From NCBI RefSeq assembly GCF_009914755.1, contig NC_060936.1: DNA of 64,000 nt. The stretch is one strand, 5' to 3'. A program made the translations under genes and the position numbers. Under the pieces are notes generated by a model that worked only from the letters and a program-made list of their open reading frames with translations, was not told where the DNA came from and did not search any database. Source of the DNA: the human T2T-CHM13v2.0 reference genome, Homo sapiens. This document shows, piece by piece, positions 1 through 15,100 of this stretch. Within the stretch, counting starts at the first letter, position 1. Each line of letters begins with the position of its first letter.

Positions 1-520
1 CTCAATGTTCTGAATTCCACATTCTCCATCACATAGCTGGCACTTGTAATTCCTTATATTGGTATTACATGTATTGTCTCCACATTATATTATAAATTTA
101 CAGAAATTGTCACAGATCCTTAGAGTTTTTGGAGTAGAAAGAGTGAAAGATACGTTGACTATACCCAGGATTAAATATATGTTGAATAAGGTTATTGGAT
201 GAATAAACAATCAATCAAGATGACACTTGAAGAATATTAGTAATGAAGAAATACACAAATGCCAGCTGGGTTGTTTGGTTGCCTGGCAGGCTGATAGGGC
301 AAAATGTCCACGTACTTGAAAAAGGAGATGATAACTTGAAAAATGTGGGAGTTTCCAGCAATGCTGCTAACTTCTAGGCCCATCAGGATGCTATTTAAAT
401 ACAGAGACAAGTAAAACTTGAAAGACTATGATGTCTGAGCCAAATTATAAAGGAGTCCCAACAGACTGGAGCTGGGGCATACTAATAAGGTGAGGAAACA
501 AAGTATTAAAGTTAAATTCA

Positions 521-580
521 GTGTGTGTGTGTGTGTGTGCATCTGTGTGTGTTATGTGTGTGTGTGTGCGTGCCTGTGCA
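521..580. repeat. Interrupted (TG)n microsatellite
   Basis: gtgtgtgt... with interruptions. Confidence 0.9.
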
Positions 581-1029
581 TGTAGGTTTGATTTTGCTAC
601 ATCTCAGTGAAAAGTTGGCATTTGAGCAGAATAATTTGATTTATAATAATGTACCCTTGATCTCTGTGTTCATGTGGACTACCTAATGAACTCAGCAATT
701 TCCTCTTCCTCTCTCTATAAAGGTAATTTCTAGTATGATGAAGTAATTAATGTAGATAAGGGTTTTGAGAACTAGAAATAATCATGTTTTCTGCAAGGAA
801 TTCATCCCAAGGCTAAACAAGTTCAAATAATGACTCTAGTCATTCATGATATTCATATACAATTCCAGATTTTTAATTGAGTATGATGAACAGGAAGATG
901 CTGTTATTCTCCAGCCTTCAAACTACCTGTCCTAAGCATACTTTGTAACCAACATATTTAATTGCAGGAAAACTACATCCCTTTGGCGTTTATGCTTAAT
1001 ATGTGTTCATCCATCTGGATAAATTTGAA

Positions 1030-1200
1030 TTCTTACTCTTCCCAGCTGCATGACTTCAGGCAAATTTTTAAATCTCTCTGGGTTTCAGTTAACTCACATG
1101 TCATGGGGATAATTAATAATACTTACTTCATGCAGGTTGGTGAAGGATTATCAGGAAGGGTGCCTTGGCATAGTGACAAAATTGCAAGTGCTCAAAATTC
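1030..1200 (+). mobile_element. MIR SINE
   Basis: Degenerate MIR core (ctctctgggtttcagtt...atggggataat...acttacttcatgcaggttggtgaaggatta). Confidence 0.65.
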
Positions 1201-1934
1201 TTTTCTTCTTCTTCTTTCCCCAACCACTCATATAAACAATGAAAGTCAGAGGCAGGTGAAATGATTGATATCAAAGTTCTAGCAAAACTCTGAATGTGTG
1301 TTGCAGTTTTTCCTCTTACAAAATATCAGATATATACAATCTAACTTTTATGATTTTAAGGTTGAAATTTTTATGTTTTTCTGATTTGTTCAATTTCACA
1401 TAATTACTGAGAAATTCATAGCTAGCAAAAAGAAGTCTTTGCTCACGTGTTTTCATTCTCCTCTAGCTAGGGATAATCAAATAAGTGGTCTCTATACTCA
1501 ACAGGTAATATTTTGGAGATAGTATTTTGTTTTTCTGAGGTTCCAAAAAAACATTGATTACCTGAATTTGTCTTCATTGAGTATCCACATATAATCTGTA
1601 CATATCAACTAAAGAGTTGAATGATTCTGAATGCTAAGCTAATATACATTCACAGTGGTTAGTATTCTTAAAATGTTTTGCAGATTAATTGAAGATTTTT
1701 ACCTTGAAATTTCTGAGTGTCTTAAGTCTTCGTGGCTATAAGATATCATATGTGGCCAAAGTTTTCCGGGATGGTAGTGATAATCAAGTAAATACATGAG
1801 GTAATTTTAAAGCAGTTTTCCCCTATAGGTATAGCGAGACCAATGTCTTGGAAAAAAGGAAGTTCCTCCCAAAGACATTTTTTCCCCTATTTGTAAAACA
1901 TGTAAAAAAAAGTGGCTTATTGGACAATTATTTT

Positions 1935-1984
1935 ATAGTTCAATAAATATATATAATTCAATAAATATATAGTTCAATAAATAT
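1935..1984. repeat. Short AT-rich tandem repeat, ~3 x (tagttcaataaatata)
   Basis: ttcaataaatata occurs three times consecutively. Confidence 0.8.
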
Positions 1985-3276
1985 AAAAATTAACATGGAT
2001 ATTTATTGAGTTACATTACATAAAGATCATAAATAAGAAAATTTAAAATGAGCCTAAATGTCATTGCTCAGGAAAACTTGTCAAAATAAACACAAAATAT
2101 GAGGCATTCCTTAGTTATAAAATTTAAGTAGCCTAGAAAAGTGTAACATGAAAAAGACACTTCCATCCCTCCTCCTTATCTCAAAGTTCCTTATCTCAAA
2201 GGTAATAATTATTCTTACTTATCCCTCTGGAATACATTTAAGTAAGAAGTGGATTTATTTGTAGATATAATTCTCCCATTTACACAAAATACATATTGAA
2301 TAGCCTTTCAATTCTAGTAACCAATATGACCCAGTTTTTCAATTTGATAGATTTCTAAACCCTTAAAAGTATTACCATGTTGGAAAACATGGATGCGTCT
2401 TCGGTTTAGAGAGATAAAAAGGTAAGATTAGGAAGTCAATCAGTTTGCAGGAAATAGCAGTTACCTCTCAATAAGAGACCATTGATTTTACCCTGCCCTA
2501 GAATAAAACTAGTTGCTACTTTTGGCAACCCGAGAAAAATTGCTAACATGCCATTTGTTTTAAGAACTGATGCCTCTACTTAGCAGAAAAAAATGCCTCT
2601 TTATAGGAATCATTTTTTCCTTTACAGTTAATACAATTAGAATATACTGCGGTTAATTATTTTCAACAAAGTTTTGTTGACTTTCCCAGGCTGAGTTAAA
2701 ATGTATTTCCTTAAGGAAGTCCTCTTCCTCCTCCTTTTAATGTACACTCCTCCATATGCCCATGATATTTGGCCTCTTGTGGAACTTATACTTTGCCCAG
2801 TGTAAGAATCTGGTCTACATGAGCTCAAACACAAAATGAAGTTTCATGTTTTTGGTATATGTGTTAAACAGTTGCAGACTAAATATGAATCTGTTAGTTG
2901 TGATTGTGAAATTCTAGATGATTTCTGATTGTGTAGAGCCTCCACGATATGCATTTCAAATGGCTTTCTTAATATTTATTGGTCGAATCAAATTAAGTTG
3001 GAAGACTACAAGTAGCAGCTATCAACTAATGATATTTCAGTGGAAAGAGTTTAATAATAATCTGTAGTTACACGATTTTACTGAGACCTCACATTCTGCT
3101 AAGCCCCTTTCATGGTCCTGCTCCCTATTTGGCTTCTTTGTCCTTAGTTTCTCTCTCTCTGCCCCTATGTACTCTGTCCTACCCTTTCTCTCTTTATTTA
3201 ATTATCTATTTCCTATGTCTTTCCCATTTCTCCTGTTTCTCTTTTCTCCCAACTAAAGTTTTTCTCTCTTATGAAA

Positions 3277-3279
<3 letters not shown>

Positions 3280-3323
<44 letters not shown>

Positions 3324-3326
3324 CAC
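3280..3326. repeat. (CA)~23 microsatellite; reads (UG)n in SYT10 pre-mRNA
   Basis: Direct reading; one G interruption at 3317. Confidence 0.97.
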
Positions 3327-3354
3327 CAGTTTTATATATTTAATCTTTCCTTAC

Positions 3355-3712
3355 CGGGTTGATGACGTAGGCTCAGTAATTTGTCTTTGCACACGTGCAT
3401 GTTTAATTAAATGTTCTTTTAAAGCAGTTTGGACTTCTGCTGGGATGTCAGGGGAAGTGTGGCTGATTTTTATTGCAGGCTCAATAGCTTTTACGGCTGG
3501 CTTTTCATTTTCCTTAATTTCTTTTTTCTCTTCAGTCTCAAAAACTTCAGTAGGAGCACTTGAAATGCTCTGTGGAAGCGTAGTGATGTTGGAAGTCACA
3601 GGTTTGCTTTTCCAGCATGGCCAACACAGCTTCCAGAAGACAAAAAGTGAGACAACCAACAAGGCCAGTCCACAAAAGCTGACAACGACAGCTAACAGGC
3701 TGACTGAAATAT
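3355..3712 (-). CDS. SYT10: Synaptotagmin-10 coding exon 2 (TM helix and juxtamembrane linker; 358 nt, phase 1 in, phase 2 out)
   Basis: Acceptor ttttccag|AT at 3713/3712 completes G+AT=Asp in frame with exon 1. Reads DISVSLLAVVVSFCGLALLVVSLFVFWKLCWPCWKSKP...KISHTSPDIP...RQITEPTSST. Donor CCG|gtaagg at 3355/3354. The C2A/C2B exons lie outside the window (below position 1). Confidence 0.97.
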
Positions 3713-4312
3713 CTGGAAAAATTACAATGTAAAAATGATTAATTAATATTGTACATAAAAAAGCAGAAATGGAAAGAATATTTTACATCATAATTGTTAT
3801 TATTTCCTGATTCAGAATTTCAAAAACTCAATTTTAAGTTATCTTTGTAGGAAGAAAAGGTTAATAATCATTCCTGGAAATTCTCAAAGGAGGTACTTGA
3901 AAAGTTCTACCCCAGTAAAAATTCTAATTATATACAGGAAAATTACGATGTATGCATATTATTTCCAAGTACACTATGATGGGTTCAAGATTTTGCAAAC
4001 AAGGATTGAAAAACTGCAACCTGCCATGAAGCCATGAGGCAAGAAATTCTAAAACTGCACACAATAGGAAACTCTTGTTTGCTTCATCTTTGATCTAAAG
4101 ATGCAAGCTTCTCATTCTCTAGGCAGAGAATCATATTAAATATTTCTGTAAACGGTTTTCAACAGTATAAATGAGAATAACACATTACTAATAGAGAATG
4201 AGACACTATTAGTTACATTTTTCAACCTCCATAGATTCTTTCTGATAATTTTGTATTATTTTTGTTTCTAATTTCTCTTAATTTCTTAAGTCCTAAATTA
4301 ATTAATGAATTG

Positions 4313-4540
4313 TGCTATGGCCTGAATTTTTGTATCACTCCCAAAATTCATATGCTGACATCCTAATCCCCAAGGCCATGGTATTAGGAGGTGGGACTTC
4401 TAGGGAGGGCATTAGGTCATGAGGGAAGTCTTCATGAGTAGGATTAGTGTTCTTATAAAGTAGGCCAAGGGTGCTCTTTCGCCCTTCTACCATGTGAGGG
4501 CATAGCAAGAAGGTGTCATCTATGAACCAGGAAATGGGCC
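4313..4540 (+). mobile_element. MaLR LTR fragment (MLT1A/MST-like), 3'-truncated
   Basis: Starts tgctatggcctgaat...cccaaaattcatatg...ggtattaggaggtggg, a typical MLT1A/MST LTR 5' end. Confidence 0.75.
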
Positions 4541-5199
4541 GATGGGACTAGCACAGGCATTCTCCATAGAACTTGACCCTGTACATTTTACAATATAGAG
4601 AAGCAGAAAATTTTTGTTTCCTGAAGATGTCAAGCTTTTTCCTCAAAGAAGGGAGAAATTGATGTATCATTTCTTAAGGATGGGGGTGGGTCAAGATTCC
4701 ATCATAATTACAGTGTTGTAGCTCCTTGCATCCAGAGACAAGGCATGGGAGAAAGAGAATTCTGCTTAATAGAAAACAGTGCAAGAAGTTAGATTAAGTA
4801 GAATTTTATCCTGAAAAATAAAACGAAAATTATGCAAACAAGCTTATTGTATTTTATTTATGTTTTGCATTGCTTGCCATAGCAATTATGACTAATCATT
4901 AATAGTATTAAAAATGAAATCAAGTGCTTAATGTGTAGCTCTTCATGACATATTTTTCTCCCAATAACAAGCCTTGTTTAACAAAAGAAAAATAACCTAT
5001 CAAAAGATTAAGTGAGGATCTAGGAGAATTTATAAAGTCATCAAAAAATTTTAAATGACTTTTTCATGTTTGTGATTCATTTAACTATGACATGAAGTAC
5101 ACTATGAGTTAGGATTTAATTCAAAGAAAAATGAGTAATCCCAGAAACATTTTAAATCAAGGTGTTGAAATGAAAATATGCATTTCAGAACTAACATTT

Positions 5200-6520
<1,321 letters not shown>

Positions 6521-6876
6521 TCCAAAGGAGGAGTTAGGGTTAACTGTCAATTATGTTGGAATATTTGGGAATAGTTTGGGATATTTGAAGAGCATGAGAA
6601 AAGTTTGAAATAAGAACTATAGAGAATAGGAGAAACTTGAATAGGAAAACATTAGATGCCTGGTCAGAATATACATTTCTTTCAAAATTGGAGACCAATA
6701 AAGTGATACTAGTCTGCCTGGTTTTAAAATCTTCTAAATATTCAGCAGCTTTGGTGTAGGGGCAAAGAGACAAATAAATGCATCCATGCATAAGGTTTTT
6801 GGTTTGTTTATTTTTCCAGAAGAATGTGATAGACCTCAAAGGAGAGAGTGTATTGGGCAGATAAAATGATGCATCA

Positions 6877-6896
6877 TAAGTATGACGTCATACTTA
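6877..6896. promoter_or_regulatory. 20-bp perfect palindrome containing a full CRE (TGACGTCA, 6883-6890)
   Basis: TAAGTATGACGTCATACTTA is its own reverse complement; function is untested. Confidence 0.45.
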
Positions 6897-8117
6897 CTGA
6901 AAGAAAATTCAGAGATAAATAAAAAGTTAATAGACTGGAGTTTCTAAATGAGAAAGATGAACTCATAGGAGATTTTGGTTGGGGATCGAAATATTTGGAT
7001 TTACAATGCTATGGTAGTATTGTTCACCATAATGACAAGGGTTTGAGTATGATCATAAAAGAAAAGAGGTAAGTTGAAGTAGAGAAGATCACCGGAGGAA
7101 GGTGGCCAATCACTGGGAGGCCAGGGAGATGAATCTGAATGTCCTGGCTTTTCTACACAGGCTTTCAAGTTACCCATTCCAACGGGCAAACTTGATGACT
7201 AGGCTCTCTAGCTCTAATTTTCACTGTCTCCGGATAATTAAAAAGAATCCATTACATAGCATTCATCCTATCATATCTGGAAAGATTAAGAGCTAATGAA
7301 ATAAACAGAAATTAGATTAGGCTCTGAGATAATTAGGTTTAAAATTGCTCGAACTCTGGTTTGATTACATACACATGCATAAACATTATTCTGCCACTGT
7401 CTATATGTCTGTCGGTCTGTCTGACTATATATCTCTAACTAATTTTAGTCAGAAACATTTTACTCTTTTATCATGTTTTAATATCCCAAAATAAAGTGAC
7501 ATAGTTCAGAAAAACTGAGAAAAAGATCACTGTCATCAGAAAATACAGGGAACTTCTAAAATGCGAATTCGTCAGAAACTTTTAGCATAGCAGAACTTTG
7601 CTAAAGTCTGTATAACCAGGCCATAACATTTGCATGATCTTGTCCACTGAAACTTATAAATACTGCTAGGTCCAATTACCTACTACCCATGCAGCTAACA
7701 TGATCATGCAGAAAAGCACAGGCCAAGTGTCCTGTTCTCAATTCCAATTTCTGCATGATCATGCAATTACTACTGCTTGAATTGATATTCTCCTCTGTGT
7801 CTATCTGTATCTTTTTAAAAATTTTAAAATTCTAGTTCATTTTTAATTTTTCAAAATGTACAAAATGTACAAAAATGTGATTTCCAATAATTAATCATAA
7901 ATTAATATAATTTAGTTCATCGGTATTCCAAGCCCTTTGTTTCTTTCCTGCTTCCTGTTGTTGCCTGACCACAGTCCATATTTGCTTATGGCACCATTTC
8001 ATAGAGAAAGAGGGGGAATAAAACTCAAATCAGCAACTCTTAGTCAAAGATGAAATTTTGGGATTATCTTTGAAGTTAATTTATTTATACTATTCATCTG
8101 ATATTACCATTATAATA

Positions 8118-8623
8118 ATTAGGGCATGCTTCTGATTTCTGTAACAAGGGACCAAATTAATAGTGACTGAAACAAGATAGTTTATTTCTCTCTCATGTGA
8201 AGTGAGACTGTCCCAGCATAAACAGGCCACGGCAGATTTATCAACTCTAAGGTGCCTGGAATTCTGGTTTGTTTTACATTTTTGCTCTACTATTCAAAGG
8301 TCTTTGCTTCTCTTTGAAGTCCAAGATGGCAAGCTACTACGTCCATATTTCAGGCAGCTGGATGGAAGAAGAAGATGGAAAAAGGGAAGGTGAGGGTATG
8401 TCATTTCATTTTAAAAGTACAAATTTGAAGTTGTGCACATCATTGCTAACTTCCCAAGGGTCAGGACTTAGTCATGTGGCTATACCAAACTGGAAAGAGA
8501 CTGAAAAATGCTCTTTTAAAATTTTTTATGCTGCCATATTCTTAAGAAAAATAAGAGATCCTATTGCTGTGAAGTAGAAGCGGGAGATGAATACTGGGAA
8601 GCAACTAGTAGTCACTTTCTCAT
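8118..8623 (-). mobile_element. Old MaLR solo LTR (MLT1K/L-like)
   Basis: aaacaagatagtttatttctctctcatgt ... cttagtcatgtggctatacc ... tactgggaagcaactagtagtc match recalled MLT1K-type motifs. Confidence 0.6.
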
Positions 8624-8789
8624 CTATAAATCTAATACATAATATCATCAATCAACAACAATCCTTGCACATTGCCTCTTATAATGTCCATTTTAAATTT
8701 ATTGACCTTTGCCTTTCTCTTGAATTTCAATAAATGATAACAATTACATTAATTGTAATTATTTAATTTAATTTAATATTTAATCCATT

Positions 8790-9519
8790 ATAAAATACAT
8801 ACTTTAAAACATTTTGCATTTTTGAAATCAGAATGTTATCTTAGTATTGACGGCTTGTTACAATAGCTAACAGCTAAGCAGTAATTGTGTCATAATTTTT
8901 GTTATTTGTGTATGCGCTAAAGCAAAAGCATCAGCATCAAAATTCATAGAATAAGTCCAAGTGGCTTATAAGAGAATATTGAAGAAAATAGTGAAGCACA
9001 TCCTTCAACCTTATAAGTCAAATTTTTGGAAATGGATGGTGAAGGTGGTGAGTCAGATGTATTTAGAAACACTGCCAACATCCCACATATTTGCACAGTT
9101 AGCTTTAGAGCACAGTACCCTTGGCCTGTATATCTTTTATGAATTATGTTAAGAAAAAATGCATCATTAACACTTTTTATGGCATAGAATATGATAATGT
9201 GTGGAAAAACAAGGACATCATTAATTCTGAATCAAAAAGCCACTCAGAAGAATCAGACTCAGAATTTTAGTTTTAAAATTACTTTAACCTATTTCTTTTA
9301 TGTTTTCCTTCCTATATTTGTGTCAGAGTGATATAAGATTTCTTTAAAAGTCTAAGTTTTAAAAGAAGTATTTCTATACATATAAAATAAAAATTCCATG
9401 TGATTAAAAAGCATTGTGCCATAGTTTATTTGGCAACATTCTCTTTCCTTTCTTGGTGCCACATAAAATAATGGTGCATCTTATAATCAAAGGCATCTTC
9501 GATTTGATAAAACGTAGTA
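8790..9519 (+). mobile_element. TcMar-Tc2 DNA transposon remnant (Kanga/MER104-like)
   Basis: Terminus aataatggtgcatcttataatcaaaggcatcttcgatttgataaaacgtagta resembles the Tc2-family end; ~9158-9207 reads KCIINTFYGIEYDNVW, like the transposase C-terminal motif KCCI.NALDG.EDD.VW. Confidence 0.55.
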
Positions 9520-11109
9520 CCAAATATGGTATTCAAATATCTAAATTTATTAAAAAGCTTTACATATGCTCATAATTGAGTAAATTATTTATAATTGGTG
9601 ACTGTATATTACTCATATATTTACATTAACTTGAACATCACACATAGCATCACATACATTTAATTAATGGCTCTAGTACACTTAATGCTTGGCACAGTGG
9701 CTTTCACATAGTAAGCGCTCAATAAATATTGCTTGAATAAAAGCATGATGTTAAAACCACTTCTCAGGTACATTAACAGCTTATATTGTAAAATATTTGA
9801 AATTATAGGCTCTGAATATTGTTTTGTCCATTAGTCCTATAAATCCATGACTACTAAAACATCACTAAGGGAATAATATTAATAAATACTGAAGAGAAAA
9901 CAATAGTCCTTGTTTAATTAAGACAATATTGTGGTATGGACAAATTGACATTTACAAGGTTTTAAAAATTGACTGTCATGTTATCTAGTCAACAATGGAA
10001 TAATAAATTAGACAGTAGATCATAACATACATCAAGGTCCATCTAAGGAAAAAAAGTCATTAATATCGGTTCCTTTCTATTCCCCTTAGGATGATTCCCC
10101 CCTTCTGGCTCCAAGCCCATTACAGCACAATTCCATAAAGAAACAAACGTGTAAAGAGTTTTATTAATTTCTGGTAATAAACCCATAAGAGCTTCTACTT
10201 TTTTTCCCCAATAGTCTATGTGAGGCATGTTGATGCCAGCTCTTATAGCTTCAGTGACTACTTAGGATGTATTTAACATTATGAAGAAAAAGAAAATTAC
10301 CCTATAAAATAATAAAAGAAGCCATCTCTTTAGTCAGGAATTCTGTTTGTAAACTTGGTCAGTGTTAGATATTCCACCAACAGAGGAAATTGGCATTGTG
10401 CCAGTTAGACAAAAGACCTATAATAATAACACTCCTTATCTGAAGGTTCAGTTTGATAGATTCATACTAATGATGCCCTGAGATTTTTGAGTGGGTGACT
10501 CTCAGCTCTTTTTCAGTCACATTTTGTCTCCAATGCCTCATAGTACTGAATTTTAATAGTATACACTGTTAATTACTTCACTTGACCAAAATATGGTAGG
10601 AAAATACAGCACACAAGATTTTAATGAATTATTTTTTCTAATTACAAATTAACAAAAACAATGTAACTGGTAATTTAATATCTGTTTTCACTACAGACTA
10701 ATTTATAAACATATGAAAGGAACTATATTTAGGATTATATGCGTTCAAAGTCGTGCATTTCAAACACACTAAAAATCTTTTATGTGATTTTACAGTTGAC
10801 ACAAATCAATTATATTTGGCCAAGAATATGTAAACACCTACTCGTGTACACTGAAGTACACATGTGTGCATAGTCAAGTAAGAAAAATGAAAAACACTGC
10901 TTGTTATATTTGGATGATAGAAAATCTAATAGAAAGGTTTGAGATATGGGTCATAATTGCACACTAAGAAATTTTATTGGCCAGTAATTATAGCCAATAA
11001 TGTAATAATATTAACAGCTTATCTTCACAGACATTTTTTCCAATGCCCTTCAGCGCCAAGGACGCCCCCAGAATCTCCTCTTCCTATTCCTACTCTTTGT
11101 TAAACCTAG

Positions 11110-11250
11110 GCTAAAATCTAAGAAGCCCTGGTTTCTTAGCCTATCTCCATCACTAACTAGTGGTGATTTGAAGGGAGGTTAAATTTCTTTGCCTTAGTTT
11201 TCACATCTGCAAAGTGATGATTCCTACTTTCAACTGGAATGATTAACAGC
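11110..11250 (+). mobile_element. MIR SINE
   Basis: catcactaactagtggtga...gccttagttttcacatctgcaaa core. Confidence 0.6.
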
Positions 11251-11738
11251 AATTTGAATCATGAGATAGTTACTTTTCTCCTGCCACTTTCTACTTAGCA
11301 CACTAACATGCTTTCCTTTTACTGCCATACATGAATATATTGAACAGAGATTCTAGAACTTGTAGACTCAGTGCTTTATGCAACACTTACAAATTTAGCC
11401 ATGGAATTACAGATCCAGTTGAACACACTCTGAAGAAAATCAATGGATACCTATATCAAGTTCAGTTGCTTTTTCATGAGTATATTGCTGACTGAATTCT
11501 AGCTTTTTAATGTTGTAAGTGCTCTAATTTCTGCTATTATCATAAACTAGATATTTTGTATGTCTATATAGGATATTGTATTAGATACTGGTGACACAAA
11601 AATACAGATGTATACAATTTAGTTGCAGAAGAGATTTGGAGGTTATTAAGTAAGACTCATTATCTTACAAATAATAAAGTTGAAGCTTCTTGATAATAAA
11701 TCCCTTGATTCATTCATTCATTTAAAAAATATTAATTG

Positions 11739-12120
<382 letters not shown>

Positions 12121-15100
12121 TCAAAGAGCTGACATGCTATTGACTTAATGTGTACAACGTTAGTGGAATAAAATGTAGATTGGGAAGAATATAATCACAT
12201 GTTCAAAATAGAAATGATTTTCATTGGCATTGGAAATTACATTAAACATTTATGGTAATGATTGTCTTCTGCCAGAATTTTGTATTTAAAAAAGCTTGTA
12301 AATGAATGCAGATGCATCTCAAACAATTACCAATTTTTTCAAAAAGCCAGTATTACAGTAATGACTGTTTTTTTAAAAATGTGATTTGAGCTTGGTATAC
12401 AAAATCATTCATAAGAATTAGATGTCAGAGACTCACAGTTCATAGAAAAAGGAAATACAGCTTTTAATTTGTCACAAAGGAAAAAGAAAAGGTTAAAGCA
12501 AAAAGAAATTCCTGCCAATACTGCTAACATACTGGGATTTAAGAAGAATAAATGTTTGCTGAGATCTTCTTGGCTTTGAAGATAGGTCTCCATTTGCATT
12601 TGAAGTAAATCAGACCAAGCACAAGGTGTATTGATGATCATGTGACAATGAGACTAGACATAGTAGAAGCTGGCCACTCTTCAGTGGAGTGACAATGTGG
12701 AGGAAGGAAAAATATCCTCTTATATATTCTTCTTCAAACAGGCCTATCATTCTGAATTCACTGTGGCTCCATTATTCTTTTATAGACCTACAAGTCTCAA
12801 GGAAAAAATTCTACTGATAATATGTTTGTGAATTGGAATTCTTTATACAATCACTAGGATGTGTAAAACCCTGTTATGGTGATTAAAAAATGATAACTCA
12901 ATTAATTGGGTAGTCATTTGCTTTGTCCCTCTACTATGAAGTCCCTCTACTAATTTTAAACCTTTATCATAGACCCACTATGCCTTGATCTTAGAGGGAA
13001 ATTATGATGTAATTCTTATAATTTTACTTAACTATCCCTTTTCTTGTCAGTTAAGTACTTTAATAAAATTATTTCCCATATACCTACTTTTATCCCTACC
13101 TCTAAGAAACTGAAGAACATATGTATGAATTTAGAAGAATTTGTCTAAATTTTTATTTTAGAATTTTTAGTCCCAAATTAAAATTGTGTAAACATGCAAA
13201 ATTAGAACATTGATGAATGAAATGCTTATGAAAATCTTTAAATTAAGCTTAGAGCTATACAATTGTGATGTGAGCTCAAGTGACTGTGAGCTTAAGTGGG
13301 ATTGATTAGCTGTGATTTATGACGTCTGCCTTTTAAGCAACATAGGTTCCTTGAAATTGATGAGCATTTGAGCAGCAATTAAGGAGTAATCAGAAATTAA
13401 GCTAAATCCAGTTTAAAAACGATTATATATATTCAGTCACAGTATGCCTGAAAAATAACTTTTGGGTCCAATATGTTGCTTTGTATTTTCCCTAAGCATT
13501 CTAATATTAAATCATATTGTGCATTGAGATTAATTTAGTGGGTGACATATCTATTTCGGGAGAAAGAGAGAATCCATGGTAAAAAGACTCAAAATATCTG
13601 ATATTCTAAAAAGTGCACGTGGTGAACTTTCTAGAATATTAGTAATGCTGGCACATATAATGACTCCGATAAACTACGCCAAAAGAGTAAATGAACTTGT
13701 GTTGGCAACTTTAGTGTAAGTCTTCACCAATTTTATTAAAGTATGAGATCAGTCATGTTGTGATCATATTGTGACTGTGAGATCCTCAATGGCAACAATA
13801 CTGCTGCTGCTTCTGCTACTGCTGATATGGTAAAAATAATGGTGATACTTGCACTTCACTGGCATTTGCAAAACCCGTAAGATAATATCTTACATATATA
13901 CATGATTTGTAGCTCCCTTCATGTAGAATGATTTTAACTGGAATTACCTGAATTTCTCTCCCACTATCTCTATGTGAAGGAATTAAAAATATACACAATT
14001 TTGGAGCTTGTAATTATCACTGTAATGTTAGAACAACCAATACCATCTGGGCAGTGCTGATTAACTTTCAAAGTAAATAAGCACTGTGCCATTCAACATT
14101 GTTGATGTCTTCCTACCAAAAATGGCCTTCTCATTAAACGATGAGTAGAAGGATCACTGGAAGTGCTTTATTTAGGAACCTATAATAACAAGCATGAGAG
14201 CACAAGTTATAAGAAAATCTACTTTAAAGAACAGTGTGACGCTGGGTGGCTAAGAAATATAATTAAATATTTGGCAAACAATCTTTAAATCCACTTCATA
14301 GATATCTATTAACTTTGAGTGTCTATTTGCAGATTAAAGTATTTTACTTCTAACTGTTGCTTGGATTCGCAAATGAAAAACGTATAGCAATCTTGTCTTT
14401 ATATGTCATACACAACTTAGTAGAATATCTTTCCTAGTAATAGCCAATAAATATGTGTGTTCCTATATTATAAATCGAATACCCCACTTGTATATATTAT
14501 GTAGTCTATTTTGCCTCTTAAGGGGAGGAAAATATTCTTGCAATTGTTTTAGACTAATTTTTCTCACTTTTTATTCCCAAGGGGAAAAGTTCAAAAGGAA
14601 TTCAGACTACAACTACTTCTTGCAGTGATTAGGAAAAACTGAGAACTATTTCTATAATTCATATACTATAGTTTATCTGAAGCTGATACAGTTGTGCATT
14701 TTGGACAGATTTCAGAGCTGGGATTTGGTTTCTAACTTCCACATATTTTCCTCATTACCAGCCAGTCTGAGACCCGGGAAACCACTATTTGGTGTGTGAT
14801 CACAAAAGGGCAGGAAAGAGGAAAATCAGTAGTTTTATTTACAGCATCAACTGTTCAATTACCAAAGCACAATCTTCAAACTTAAATACTCTCATTTCGT
14901 CCAGTGTAGCCCCTTCTCTGAGTGTTACCTTTAGCAAGTGGGTCACTAAAGACGTTTCAGAAAAGCTTATCTAATATCACCACAGAGGACTCTGAGGTCA
15001 CACTATTCTGGTCTTTACCTCATACTTAGCAACGATACGCACGACACAGAATACAACATGCTCACACACTGCCTTCCACTGAGTTTCATACACTCCTAGG

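Noticed and set aside
3129-3732. + strand ORFs with poly-(HT) tracts
   Set aside because: Translation of the (CA)n microsatellite plus the antisense shadow of SYT10 exon 2.
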